Source: Calditrichia bacterium (GTDB taxonomy: Bacteria; Calditrichota; Calditrichia; JAJRVZ01). From it: a stretch of 64,000 nucleotides of DNA. Position 1 is the stretch's first letter, and each line of letters starts with the position of its first letter. The translations under genes and the position numbers were made by a program. The notes beneath the pieces were generated by a model. It did not search any database and was not told where the DNA came from. It worked only from the letters and a program-made list of their open reading frames with translations. Below are positions 31,703 through 43,896 of this stretch, piece after piece. The stretch is taken from NCBI GenBank assembly GCA_963796965.1, contig CAWCNS010000009.1:128001-192000 (forward strand), in the 5' to 3' direction.

Positions 31703-31822
31703 GTCACCCTGAACCCTGGCCTGTCGCCAGGGCAGGCTTGTTTCTCCAAAAGAGTCCTTTGGACAGGGTCTTAATATCTGTTTTTATGAATCCAGACCCA
31801 AATTTCATTCGGGAAAATGACA
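31703..31822. repeat. REP-like element (same family as 24239) carrying two nested hairpin inserts
   Basis: gtcaccctgaa-[ccctggcctgtcgccagggcagg]-cttgttt-[ctccaaaagagtcctttgga]-cagggtct ... aatgac. Confidence 0.7.
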
Positions 31823-31941
31823 TTTTTTATTGTATATTGATCTAATTAATTATTATCATTAACTATTCTAATCAGAAATATTGTCTAAAAACAATTAACT
31901 TTAATCACAAATAAATTTACATATGTAACAGGAGATTTAAT

Positions 31942-33327
31942 ATGGATGATCAAACCAAAAATGATGGCATGTCCCGGAGAAAATTTATCGGAAGTATGGC
32001 TGCCACAACAGCTGCATTTACTATTGTACCACGTCATGTACTCGGTGGAAATGGTTACACACCGCCGAGTGAAAAATTAAATATTGCTATCATAGGAGCT
32101 GGCGGAAAAGGCCGTTCAGATATGTATGCTGTCAGTACTGAGAACATCGTTGCTTTATGTGATGTGGATGATCGTAAGGTAGCAGAGACTCTTAAACGTA
32201 CCAAAGAAGATTCAGACCGCCAGGATTTGGCAGAAGCATTAGAAAAAGCGCCTAAATACAAAGACTTTCGTGTCATGCTGGAAAAAGAAAAAGATATCGA
32301 TGCTGTCACGGTTAGTACGCCTGATCATACACACGCAGTTGCTGCAATGGCAGCAATGCAATTAGGTAAACATGCCTTTGTTCAGAAACCGTTAACACAT
32401 TCGGTAAAAGAGGCACGCGTTTTAAGAGAAACCGCCAAAGAAAAAGGTGTTATTACACAAATGGGAAATCAGGGTCATGCCGGTGAAGGAATCCGGTTGA
32501 TCGCCGAATGGTTAGCTGATGATGCTATTGGTGAAGTAACAAAAGTCGATTGCTGGACCAATCGTCCTGTTTGGGAAACCGGTCTGCCTTACCCAACAGA
32601 GATTCCATCCGTTCCTCCTGAATTAGATTGGGTATTATGGCTCGGACCCGCACCATTTCGTGCCTATCATCCTGATTATTGTCCCTGGAGCTGGCGTGCA
32701 TGGGTCGAGTGGGGAACCGGTGCATTAGGCGATATGGGTGCTCATATCTTTGATATCCCCTACGAAACATTAAAACTCGAATATCCGACAAAAATTGATG
32801 CCAGTTCTACAAAATTTAATCAGGAAAGCTGGCCTGTCGCTGAGGTAATTCATTATGAATTTCCAAAACGAAATGGACTTCCACCAGTAGAATTAACCTG
32901 GTATGATGGCGGTATGATGCCTCCCCGTCCGGAAGAATTAGAACCCGGTCGACGCATGGGTGATTCCGATGGTGGTGTCCTCTATTACGGCGAAAAGGGT
33001 AAAATCATGTGTGGCTGTTATGGAAGCAATCCACGTATCATCCCTGAGAAAAAAATGAAAGAATATGATCAACCGGAGAAATCAATTCCACGTTCTCCTG
33101 GCATCCATCAGGAATGGGTACAATCCATTAAAAAAGGTGTTCAGGCTACTTCCAATTTTGAGTATGCCTCAAAACTGGTTGAAACCATGATGCTCGGTAA
33201 TATTGCCGTAAGAATGCAGGAAAAAAACACCCCGCTGGAATGGGATGGTGTTAAAGGTGAAATTACCAATCTTCCTGAGGCCAATGAATTTTTGATCCGT
33301 CCTTATACAAAAGGATGGTCACTGTAA
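31942..33327 (+). CDS. Tat-exported Gfo/Idh/MocA family oxidoreductase
   Basis: SRRKFIG signal; IIGAGGKG, STPDHTHA, QKPLTH, QMGNQG, GTGALGDMGAH. Confidence 0.93.
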   Translation: MDDQTKNDGMSRRKFIGSMAATTAAFTIVPRHVLGGNGYTPPSEKLNIAIIGAGGKGRSDMYAVSTENIVALCDVDDRKVAETLKRTKEDSDRQDLAEALEKAPKYKDFRVMLEKEKDIDAVTVSTPDHTHAVAAMAAMQLGKHAFVQKPLTHSVKEARVLRETAKEKGVITQMGNQGHAGEGIRLIAEWLADDAIGEVTKVDCWTNRPVWETGLPYPTEIPSVPPELDWVLWLGPAPFRAYHPDYCPWSWRAWVEWGTGALGDMGAHIFDIPYETLKLEYPTKIDASSTKFNQESWPVAEVIHYEFPKRNGLPPVELTWYDGGMMPPRPEELEPGRRMGDSDGGVLYYGEKGKIMCGCYGSNPRIIPEKKMKEYDQPEKSIPRSPGIHQEWVQSIKKGVQATSNFEYASKLVETMMLGNIAVRMQEKNTPLEWDGVKGEITNLPEANEFLIRPYTKGWSL

Positions 33328-33352
33328 TATACACTAATCAATAATTCAATTC

Positions 33353-33401
33353 GTAGAGACGTCCCCGAAAACGGGATCTCTAACCGATGGGACGTCTCTA
33401 C
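33353..33401. repeat. GTAG-type REP palindrome with nested insert
   Basis: GTAGAGACGTC-[cccgaaaacgggatctctaa]-ccgatGGGACGTCTCTAC. Confidence 0.75.
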
Positions 33402-33503
33402 ATATATTCATATTATCCGTTTCTGCTACAAAAACTATCCAAATAAAACACGTATCATTGAATAAAATATCGATCTTTTGACCAGTCTAAGGAGGGAAAG
33501 ATT

Positions 33504-34993
33504 ATGACTGCAGCACAGAATGAACAGATTAATCCTGGCAGATTATTCTGGGGTAGTAATTTTGCGTTGATTGCCACTGCCGTTACTTTTGCTATTATTG
33601 GGGCAATTATGGGACCGCTCAAAGAGCAGTTTGTATTAACAAATGCGGAAGTAGGCTGGATTGGTGGTGCGGCCCTTTGGGGTTTTTCAGTGACCATTAT
33701 TATTTTTGGACCGCTCTGTGATGTTTTGGGGATGAAATTTTTATTGCGTCTTGCTTTGTTGGGACAAGCCCTGGGTGTAATTCTCATGATCCTGGCTGAT
33801 GGATTTACAATGTTGTTTCTCGGTGCCTGGATTATATCAATGGGAAATGGTTTGGTTGAAGCTGTATGTAATCCACTTGTGGCAACTATTTACCCTGAGA
33901 AAAAAACAGAGATGCTGAACAAATTTCATGTCTGGTTTCCGGGCGGTATTGTTATCGGTGGACTAATTATCCTATTTCCTTGATAATATTGGCATTCATC
34001 CTGGCAGATTAAATTAGCTGTCATCCTCATTCCGGCAGTAATTTATGCTTTCCTATTTGCCGGACAAAAATTTCCTGCTACAGAACGCAAGCAAGCTGGA
34101 ATCAGTGGAAAAGAAATGATTACCGCAACCTTACTAAGACCTTTTTTCTGGTTATTACTCATTTGTATGATGATGACCGCCTCCATTGAATTAGGACCGA
34201 ACCGCTGGATTCCTGCTGTTTTGCAATCAGCTGGTATTCCCGGGATTCTGGTTCTGGTCTGGATATCCGGATTAATGGCGGTTATGCGTTATTACGCCGG
34301 TCCTATTGTCCATAAACTTTCACCAACAGGAATACTATTTGCTTCTGCGATTGTAAGTGGTATTTCCTTATACTGGCTCAGTTGGACAGAAACTTTGGGT
34401 ATGGCTCATATTGGCCGGAACAGGTTTCGCAATCGGTGTCTGTTATTTCTGGCCCACCATGATTGGGGTAACATCAGAACGCATTCCTAAGGGTGGGGCC
34501 TTGGCACTTGGACTTAATGGGTGGCGTCGCGATGCTTGTTGTTGGCCTTGTCACTTCCCCTGTGATGGGTGATATTGCTGACACGTACCTCCACGAAAAA
34601 TTGCCGGTAAACGAAACAAAAGCCGTTATGCAACAAATCGTCGACGAATACCCAGCTTTAAAACAGGCTAGTGGAGAAAAAACAGCTGCTGATTTTGATG
34701 CGGCCATAAATGCAGCCAAAGAAGTTATCGCTGCTACCGATGCGAGTGGCGCCTTACCTGAACTTAAAACAGCCAATGCCATGCGCAGTGCTATGGTAGT
34801 GGCACCAGGTTCTTCTGCTGCCCAAGCCTGCAAAGAAAATCCTTGGACCTGCTGAAAACTATGGTGGTAAAATCTCTTTCCGCCGGGTCGCACCCTTTAG
34901 CAATCATTTTAACTATTATTTTTGGTATCCTTGTATTTCCGTGATCGCAAAAAAGGTGGTTATAAGGCAGAAAAGCTAGAAACCAGCGCCTAA
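33504..34993 (+). CDS. MFS sugar transporter, several frameshifts
   Basis: RBS AAGGAGG; GPLCDVLGMK, GNGLVEAVCNPLVATIYP, NKFHVWFPGGIVIGG, YFWPTMIGVTSERIPKGGALALGL across frames. Confidence 0.82.
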
Positions 34994-35011
34994 ATAAATA
35001 ATTCGTATGCT

Positions 35012-35040
35012 GTAGAGACGTCCCGGCGGGACGTCTCTAC
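35012..35040. repeat. GTAG-type REP palindrome
   Basis: GTAGAGACGTCCC-GGC-GGGACGTCTCTAC, perfect stem. Confidence 0.8.
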
Positions 35041-35077
35041 ATTTCTATATCACGGTTATCGATAAGTATTAAATATC

Positions 35078-35504
35078 ATGTCTCGTATCAAATTGAACAT
35101 GCCTGAGAATTATTTATTCTCCACAGATATCCCTATCCGAATTACCGATTTAAATTATGGAAATCACCTCGGCAATGACGCCCTTCTATCAATTTTGCAC
35201 GAAGCGCGTGATACGTTTCTTAAATGAATACGGATATTCGGAAGGCAATATTGAAGGTGTTGGAATCATGATGGCTGACGTGGTCATCATCTATAAAACA
35301 CAGGGACATTACGGGGATATATTAAGTATACAAATTGGAATTGATGATATATCGAAAAAAAGTTGTGACTTCTATTATAAGATCTCCAATCAAAATGATA
35401 AAGTCGTGGCATTATGTAAAACTGCTATCGTTTTTTTTGATTATAGTACACAGAAACCCACTGCGATACCACCTCAGTTTATTGATAAAATAACAAAGAG
35501 CTAG
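35078..35504 (+). CDS. Acyl-CoA thioesterase (hotdog fold), frameshift near 35210
   Basis: MSRIKLNMPENYLFSTDIPIRITDLNYGNHLGNDALLSILHEAR joins RFLNEYGYSE...KTAIVFFDY. Confidence 0.82.
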
Positions 35505-35552
35505 ACGTTAGACGTAAGACGCTAGAAGCGAGATACGTGATACGCGATACCA
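35503..35552. repeat. Heptamer tandem repeat between convergent genes
   Basis: agacgtt agacgta agacgct agaagcg agatacg tgatacg cgatacc. Confidence 0.6.
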
Positions 35553-38500
35553 TTACTCTTTCACATAAAATATCTTATACATCGAAGGAACGACGATAAG
35601 AGTCAGAAACGTAGCAAAAGATAAACCAAATATTATCGTCCATGCCAGCGGATTCCAGAATGCAGCGCTGTCACCTCCCAAATACATTTGTGGATTCATT
35701 TCCGTAAACAAGGTTATGAAATTGAAATTGATTCCCAGAGCTAAAGGCATTAATCCCAAAATGGTGGAGAGTGCGGTCAGCATTACCGGCGTCAAACGCG
35801 TAGCCCCTCCATTGACGATTGCCTCTATCTTATCATCGGTTTGCTCCATGGCATTATCGATATAATCAATCAGAATGATTGCATTTTTAACCACAATTCC
35901 CGCTACGGCAATTATTCCCATACCCGTCATCATCACCGAAATTTCCAGGTTAAAGATTACTATTCCCAAAAGTACACCAATGATACTGAAGAGAATTTGG
36001 AGTGAGATAATCACTGGTTTACCAACGGAATTGAACTGTGCGACCAGAATTATCAGAATTAAAGCCACAGCGATAAACAACGCTTTTAACATATAATCAG
36101 CAATTTCATTTTGCATTTCCTGCTCACCACTAAACTCGTATCGAATACCCTTCTGGCAGACTGAATTTAGGCAATGATTTACGTATTTGTCCTATGATCT
36201 CATTGGCATTATAACCGGTGAGAACATTGGATGCCAGCGTTACAACCCGTGCATTGTCAATACGTTTTATGCCACCATAGGTAGTTATATATTCCACATC
36301 AGCCACTGCGGAAATTGGAATTTGTGCTGGCGGATTATTACCACCTTTTGAGATTGTCAGATTCTGACTTAGCAACACATCCACGTCATCGCGAAAACGA
36401 GGTTCCAGCCTCAATTGTATGGGATATTCATCTTCCCCCTCCCGGAAGGAGGAGATCTCCTTGCCATAAATTGCAGTACGTAATACAGATGCGATATACC
36501 CGGTACTGATACCCAACCTTCCTGCTTTTGCCCGGTCGATATGGAGAATGATTTCCGGTTTTTGTGTTTCCATATCAAGTTGTAAATCTTCGATTCCCCG
36601 AATTTGAAGATCAGTGATAAACAATTTTAAATCATCACTCAGCTCTACTAATTTTTCAATTTTGGGCCCTGATACTTCAATATTCAATGCCTTTCCCGCC
36701 GGTGGGCCCATTACATCCCTGGCAACCTCAATTTCAGCTCCTGGCACACCTTTAACCACTTCGCGCACACCTTCAAGATATTCTAAAGTTGATTTTTCAC
36801 CCTTCCGGTATTTATATTCTACAAATGAAACCGTCACCTTGGCCTTTCTCTCCATTGCGGTCCGGTCAAATGCACCACTACCGGCATTGACAGCGACACT
36901 CGTAATAATCGATTCCACATCCGGATTATTATCCCCCAGTACACTCAGGATTCGAGTCTCAATTTTCTCGGCTACCTTATTCGTAACTTCCACGTCCGTC
37001 CCTTCCGGCATGGTAATATAAGTCCAGATAGCATTTGGATCACCACTGGGCATAAAGGATACTTTTGGCGTTGCCACACCCATCACAAATATGGTCAGGA
37101 CAAGTAAAAGGCCGGTACCTCCAACTACCAGATAAGGACGCTTGCCATGTATGAGAAATTTTAATGTGGCCTTGTAATTTTGTATCAGCCTGGGGAGAAT
37201 ATTTTTCTGGAATTTATCGATTTGCCAGACCATGATCGTTTTCAATAAAACATAGAGTCCAAGACCCATAACGATAAGGTTGGCTAATAGAAATAGCCCG
37301 AATATGTACGATAATAATGCAATAATTAGCAGTGGTATTGATAGCTTCCAGAATTTTTTGCTCAACCGACCATGAGTCTTTTCCTCTGCATTTGCTTCAT
37401 GCTTCATAAACGATACTGCAAAGACCGGATTAAAAAAATAGGCTACCAACAGTGAAGCACCAAGTGTTAATATGATCGTAATGGGCAGATAAGAAATAAA
37501 CTTACCCATTATTCCAGGCATAAACATTAATGGGACAAATGGCGCAACTGTTGTAAGTGTACCGGTAAACACAGGCATGGCCACTTCACCAACCGCTCTT
37601 TTTGTTGCATCTATGATTGACAGGTTTTCTGTTGTGGTAAAATGACGGTGGATATTCTCAACGATTACAATGGAATTATCCACCACAATTCCAAGAACAA
37701 TGATAAATGACATCAATGTCACCATATTCAGATTAAATCCGATCATGGGAAAGAGAACAAATATGATGATTATTGATAAGGGAATGGAAACACCTACAAA
37801 AATAGCATCCAGTTCACCCATAAAAAACATCAGAATAAAGACAACAATAATAAATCCAAGGATGATGGTGTTAAAGAGGTCACTCACTGAATTCCGGGTT
37901 TGCGTACTTGTGTCACCGGTAATCTTGATTCCCAAGGCCGGTGAGGCAGTTTTTTGAAAATCTGCAATCTCAGTTTTTATTTTATCCACAGCTGTAATTA
38001 GGTTCTGACCGCCCCGCTTGATGACCGATAAAGAGATGACATCTTTACGATCCATACGGGAATAGCTTTCCCGATCTGCAAATCCGTCCACTACCTGAGC
38101 AATATCGCGTAGGTAGATACCCTTTTTCAACATGATATCACCAATTTCATCTGTGCTCTGAAACTCACCAACAATCCGAAAATTGCGTTTCATCCCGGCA
38201 GTATTAATAAGACCGCCGGACATGGTCAGATTTTCACCGGCTACCGCACCCTCAATTCGGTTGAATGAGATCTCTGCTGCCTGCATTTTATAGAGATCCA
38301 CGTCAATCTGTATCTCACGTTCCAGAGCGCCTATGATCTCTACCTTTGAGATCTCTTCTAAACTTTCAATCCGGTCCTTCAGGTCATCAGCATATTTTTT
38401 TGCTTTCACTAATCCAACATCACCAAAGAGATTTACATAAATAATCGGTATTTCGGAAACATCTATTTGAATCAGTTCCGGATCCTGATAGAGATCATTT

Positions 38501-38869
38501 GGTAATTCGGCGCGAACATCATCCACGGCCTTTTTCATATCCAGATAGGCCTGAATTGGATCAGTATTTACATCGAACTCGATAATGATCATGGAAATAT
38601 CTTGAAGCGACTGGCTATTGACATGTTTGATCCCGTCAATCCCCTTAAGTTCTTTTTCAATCGGATAGGTGATCAGGTTTTCAATATCAACCGGAGAGGT
38701 CCCAGGATTGATAGTCGAAATCATAAAATAGGGAAAAACGATTTCGGGAAATTTTTCTTGTGCGGTGGAAAGATATTGAATGATTCCGAAAAGTGTGACC
38801 ACGATGATGATCACATAAATGGTAATACTTGTTATCTACTGCTTTATTTGATAAGCTGAATTGTTTCAT
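35553..38869 (-). CDS. RND efflux permease (AcrB/AcrD/AcrF family), frameshifts near 38820 and 36125
   Basis: PGTSPVDIENLITYPIEKEL, GIVVDNSIVIVENI, GIVVKNAIILID, RLTPVMLT. Confidence 0.92.
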
Positions 38870-38879
38870 TTGTGATTTC

Positions 38880-40015
38880 CTAATTTTCATTCTGCGAACT
38901 AACCATTACCTGCTGATTCCCCGCCAGATTCTGGAATCCTTTTATTACTACAAATTCGCCGGATTCTAATCCACTAAGAATTTCAATGTAATCGCCATAT
39001 TTTAAACCCAGTTCAACTTTTCTCCTTTCCACAGTCCAGATATCGTTTTCATTTTGTGATGCCACAAAACAAAAGCGATTGAATTCTGTTTTCTGAATTA
39101 TATTAAAAGGAACCGTAATGGACTTGGGATTACTATAATCGTTGATTAATAGTACTGTTAACATATTGGGTTGAATTTCGGTGCTTCCCTTCGGCAGAGA
39201 TACTTCGATGGGAAATGTCCGATTTTTGGGATTAATTACCCGTGCTACCGAACGAACAACACTTACAAAATCACGATTGAGCACAGGAATAGATACTGTT
39301 AAAGAATCACCTACCCGGATATTTCCAGTATATTTTTCTGAGAGATTTGCGGTAATCTTAAGATCAGACAGTTTAACAATGCGAATGGTACCGAAGCCAG
39401 GATTAACCGCTTCTCCTTCCTTGATCATAACTTCATCCACTGTTCCACTGATAGGAGCAATCACTTTAGTCAACATATATTGTTCCCGGGTAGCTGCCAG
39501 TCTTTTCTCTAATGCTTCTTTATTTGTTTTGGCCTGAAGAAACTGAACTTCACTGCCAATCTTCTTATCCCAAAGCCGCTTTTGTCGTTCATACATTGTT
39601 GATGCTAATTCCATATTGATTTCAAGTTCACTTAGCGAATTTTCCACAATAGCGCCATCCATAGCTGCAAGCATCTGCCCTTTTTTTACTTCCTGTCCCT
39701 TTTTTACATAAATCTTTTTTATCACACCAAAAGTACGCGCCGGAATCAAAACATTATTATCCGATTCTACCATACCCTGGATTTTGATATAATGCATAAA
39801 TGGTTTGTAGAGTTAATTGAGAAAGTGATACTACTGTCATTCGGCCGTCGGGAGTATTACTCTATCTCAACATCAAGTGTCGTTCTCAACTCATCAATTT
39901 GATTATTAAGATTGTCACGTTGTTTTTCCAGAGACTTTAACAATTCTCTTTTATCATCACCTCCGCAACCAACGAGAAGAAGAGTTACCATTGCAAATAC
40001 CAGTATATTTTTCAT
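38880..40015 (-). CDS. RND periplasmic adaptor subunit (lipoprotein), 5' frameshifts
   Basis: Start MKNILVFAMVTLLLVGCGG; GVIKKIYVKKGQEVKKGQ, VIAPISGTV, EILSGLESGE. Confidence 0.88.
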
Positions 40016-40029
40016 TTTTTCCTCAATAT

Positions 40030-41394
40030 TTATAAAGTTTCTAATATTTTTTTAAGCTGCGTTAGAGCGGTGAGTGCCGTGGACAGGTTTTCCAAATAGG
40101 TTCTTTCCATATCAAGATATTGATTATGCCCCTGAGTTAACTCCAGACTTGAAATGAGTCCCTCACGGTATTTTTGAAGGTTGAACTCGTAAACATCCAG
40201 AGCAAGGTCTCTGTTCGTTCTGGCATTTAGATATCTGTCCCGGGCAGCGACAAGTCCGCCACGGGCTTGCGCGTGCTGCAGTTGTATACCCTCTTTGGTA
40301 TTTTCCAAATCCAGTTTGGCCTGTTCATATTCAATCTTGGCTTTCTGGACCTTGTATATCTTTGAGGATCCGCTGAAAATGGGCCAATTCAATTGAAGAC
40401 CAATTACTGAAGTTGGAAACCAATTCCTCTCAAAATTAAAAAAATTAAATTGATCTCTCTGGGCATCACGCTGAAATGAAGCGAATCCGGCCAATGTAGG
40501 TAAAAAAGTTCTCTTTTCATTTGATAAGGATAGATCAGCAAGATTCACCTGCGTTTCCATCATTTGGATATTAATATTGCTGTCTGGATCAAACATCATT
40601 CCTAAAGATACCTCAATATCAAGGCTTGAAATAACTGCTTCAAGATCGTCTAATAGGTTAATTTTCTGATCAAGTGGCAGTCCCATCTGATAGCTGATCA
40701 ATTTATATGCAATTTCAATCTGTTGATCAAGCGTTTTAATACCATTATCCACCGCATTGTAAGTTATCTGAATCTGTTTAACATCTGCCTGTTCGTTCAA
40801 TCCCTCATTGTTAAGTTCAGTTACTTCGATTTTTGTCTGTTCAAGATTTTTTAATGTTTCCCGCAGGATATTACGACTTTCCTCCGCGATAAGGATCAGA
40901 TAATAGGTATCCGTCACCGTCGCCTTAACATCCAGTTCTGTACGCTTCTTATTCCTTTCCGAAAGCTGTAGATAAACCTGGGAAGCGCTTAAACCGACGA
41001 GATAACTACCACTGAATAGCAGCTGGGTAATCGATACACCAAAATTTGCCAACTGCGGTTTACCAAACTTTACTGGAATGGTTGATCCAGGTTCCCCGCC
41101 AAATATTTCACCCGGAATTAATTGAGTGGGGATATCCATCATATAGCTGTAACTGGCGGATACTTCAACCTGAGGCAATCCAATTCCTCTAACTTCTCCG
41201 ATCTGTTTGATCGCTGCTTCAATACTCATATCGGCTTTGCGTACATCACGGTTATTTTCTAAAGCATATTTCTGTACATCTTCCAGATGGTATCCCTGAC
41301 TTTCTTGGGCTGTTAACTTCATTGAGCATAAAAACAACAAAAGCATTATCAAATTATAGCGATACATATGTCTCATCCATTTTCCTCTACTCAT
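40030..41394 (-). CDS. TolC family outer membrane efflux protein
   Basis: Signal peptide; YALENN, LPQV and LPTL repeats, GLQLNWPIFSG, KYREGLISSLEL. Confidence 0.9.
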   Translation of the reverse strand: MSRGKWMRHMYRYNLIMLLLFLCSMKLTAQESQGYHLEDVQKYALENNRDVRKADMSIEAAIKQIGEVRGIGLPQVEVSASYSYMMDIPTQLIPGEIFGGEPGSTIPVKFGKPQLANFGVSITQLLFSGSYLVGLSASQVYLQLSERNKKRTELDVKATVTDTYYLILIAEESRNILRETLKNLEQTKIEVTELNNEGLNEQADVKQIQITYNAVDNGIKTLDQQIEIAYKLISYQMGLPLDQKINLLDDLEAVISSLDIEVSLGMMFDPDSNINIQMMETQVNLADLSLSNEKRTFLPTLAGFASFQRDAQRDQFNFFNFERNWFPTSVIGLQLNWPIFSGSSKIYKVQKAKIEYEQAKLDLENTKEGIQLQHAQARGGLVAARDRYLNARTNRDLALDVYEFNLQKYREGLISSLELTQGHNQYLDMERTYLENLSTALTALTQLKKILETL

Positions 41395-41400
41395 AATTGT

Positions 41401-42039
41401 TTATTTTTTCATTATTCCACTAAATATTAACTCAATATATTCTGACAATATGCCATCTTTGGTAATATCCAATTCTTTTTTTAAATCTTTGTGTAACACC
41501 GAGAAAATTTTTAAAAAACCAATAAGTTGCATCCAGATGATAATCGCCGTTGAAATTTCACCAAGATTTTCACGTATAAGGTTTTCATTTTTTCCTCTCT
41601 GAACCAGTTTAAGCCATGAATTTAAAAAACTTTTTTCTAATTCTTGATGTTTTTTTATATAGGGGTTGTTCTTATCTATATTTGTTTCGTGAGTAAGAAA
41701 GAAAAAAAAGGCCTCAAAATAGTCCGGGTACTTTTTTTGGAAATCAATCAATGTTGAGATATGAATGGCAATTTTTTCGCGTGTATCTGTGGTTTTTTTT
41801 ACAGCCGATTCCATCATTTTAAACAACTTTTTATGCCCCTCCAGATGGATAAAAAAGTAGATTTCTTCTTTGCTTGTAAAATATAAATATAATGTAGCCT
41901 TACTCAATTCAGCAGATTCTGCAATATCATCCATAGTGGCATTATCGACACCCTTTTTAAAAAAGACCTTTACGGCAGCTTTTAGTATAGCTTCCCGACG
42001 CCGCTCTTTTTCCCGTTCTTTTCTTTCGGCAACTCCCAA
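41401..42039 (-). CDS. TetR/AcrR family regulator
   Basis: ILKAAVKVFFKKGVDNATMDDIAESAELSKATLYLYF. Confidence 0.95.
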   Translation of the reverse strand: MGVAERKEREKERRREAILKAAVKVFFKKGVDNATMDDIAESAELSKATLYLYFTSKEEIYFFIHLEGHKKLFKMMESAVKKTTDTREKIAIHISTLIDFQKKYPDYFEAFFFFLTHETNIDKNNPYIKKHQELEKSFLNSWLKLVQRGKNENLIRENLGEISTAIIIWMQLIGFLKIFSVLHKDLKKELDITKDGILSEYIELIFSGIMKK

Positions 42040-42073
42040 ACTTTCCCTCTATTTTTTAGAATAAAAGTAACAA

Positions 42074-42090
42074 AATGAACACCAGTCATT
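42074..42090. promoter_or_regulatory. Candidate TetR operator
   Basis: Imperfect palindrome AATGAacaccagTCATT about 35 nt upstream of tetR. Confidence 0.4.
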
Positions 42091-42173
42091 AAATTGGATG
42101 AAAGTTTAATAATTAATTACGAACCATACAAGTATTTGTTACATTTTTCTCAAATACAATTATTGTGGCTTAT

Positions 42174-42432
<259 letters not shown>

Positions 42433-42464
42433 TAATAAATTCTTTCCTAATTCCAAATCCCATT

Positions 42465-43397
42465 CTAATGATGGCCATAGTTCTTTTCGCCTGCTTTAAC
42501 TTCTAAGGGCAGGACATTTTGGGATGGCGGTAATGGGCAGGTGGCATAGGCCGTAAAAGCACAGGGTGGATTATAGGCTTTATTAAAATCTATAAATCGT
42601 ATTCCCCAGACTATCCGGCGGTGGAATAGAAAGAAACGACCGGCACCATAGGTTTCAATTCCATTGGTTTGATCAGCAAAAATCAAAAACAGCGGCCGGG
42701 CAGATGAATCCCCAAGGGGATCTAATCGGTATTCTTTACCCTTTATACTAAAAACAAGGGCGCCGGGGGATCTTGATTTATTTACCGTTCCTATAATATC
42801 CGGTACATCAATCATCTTTGGCGGTTTGTATGGATCGAGCCTTGCTTCTACCCGCCAGGTTGAATCGATTGGAAACGTTTCAATTCCGCTAAATTCCTTT
42901 AAAAATTTGCTGCCACGATCCTTCAAACGAATACCAAATTTATCACCCCGCTTTATAATAAACCAGCTTAAGGAATCCAGAGATAAGGTAGTTGGACGCC
43001 CTGATATATCCGGCAACACGGTCATCGATGTTACCCGCTTACCACCATGAAGAACATTTACATCGGGATTGATCTCCACACGCAGGTTTTCTTTCTCAAG
43101 AAAATAGGATCCTATAAATTCAGGGGCTTTACCCACCGGGAACTTAATTTGATTATCCCCACTGCTGCCAAAGGTATTTTCACCCTCAGTCAACCAGTAA
43201 AGACCTGCTAAGGTCAACCATCCGGTCTTGGAGGTTAAACGTTTGACCCTTTTGCCATGCCATGAATTGATTTCTGCCTTGTAGGCCGGGCTGGCATTCG
43301 AGTCCTGTTTATTTTCACATCCATTAAAAATAAAGAGAGATGATACAACTATTGCCAAAGCTAATGCTACAATGCTATATATGAAGGATGTTCTCAT
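42465..43397 (-). CDS. DUF1684 family protein
   Basis: GWLTLAGLYWL, F.D.TNG.ETYGAGRF, DFNKAYNPPCAFTAYATCPLPP..N.L..V.AGEK. Confidence 0.9.
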   Translation of the reverse strand: MRTSFIYSIVALALAIVVSSLFIFNGCENKQDSNASPAYKAEINSWHGKRVKRLTSKTGWLTLAGLYWLTEGENTFGSSGDNQIKFPVGKAPEFIGSYFLEKENLRVEINPDVNVLHGGKRVTSMTVLPDISGRPTTLSLDSLSWFIIKRGDKFGIRLKDRGSKFLKEFSGIETFPIDSTWRVEARLDPYKPPKMIDVPDIIGTVNKSRSPGALVFSIKGKEYRLDPLGDSSARPLFLIFADQTNGIETYGAGRFFLFHRRIVWGIRFIDFNKAYNPPCAFTAYATCPLPPSQNVLPLEVKAGEKNYGHH

Positions 43398-43476
43398 TTC
43401 ATGGTTTCCTTTTTATATCTAATCAGGTGTGTCCGGTTTAATAGAAGAATCAATTATTTTACAAAATTTATTTTTA

Positions 43477-43572
43477 AAACCCCTTCTCTTCTTCACGAGA
43501 AGGGCTCCTTAAAGTCCCTCTCTTTGCAAGAGAGGGATTTTCCCGAAGGGATGCCTTCGGCAAGGGTGAGTT
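43477..43572. repeat. Composite REP-like palindromes with nested insert
   Basis: cccttctc..gagaaggg; ccctctctttgcaagagagggattt-[tcccgaagggatgccttcggca]-agggtgagtt. Confidence 0.65.
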
Positions 43573-43896
43573 CTTTGAATCAAGTTTCCTCACTGGGAAA
43601 TTAAAAATATTATTTATTATCGTACTGTTTATGAATACATATTTAAATCTTAATCGGATACTTGTGATATCTAATATTAATTAAATCAAAATTTGTAATT
43701 TATCTACTGATAACCACAGTAACTTATGAAAATATTTGTAATTCATCCAAACATTTCCTGATTTACCAGATCCAGACAGGTTATAACCTCATCTCATGAA
43801 CATTAAGTCTTTTTTTAGTATGTTAATTTGCTTACCTTATGCTTTTTATCACGCAAATAAAAGCAAAGATATCTTTTATAATTGTAAGGAGGGGTT

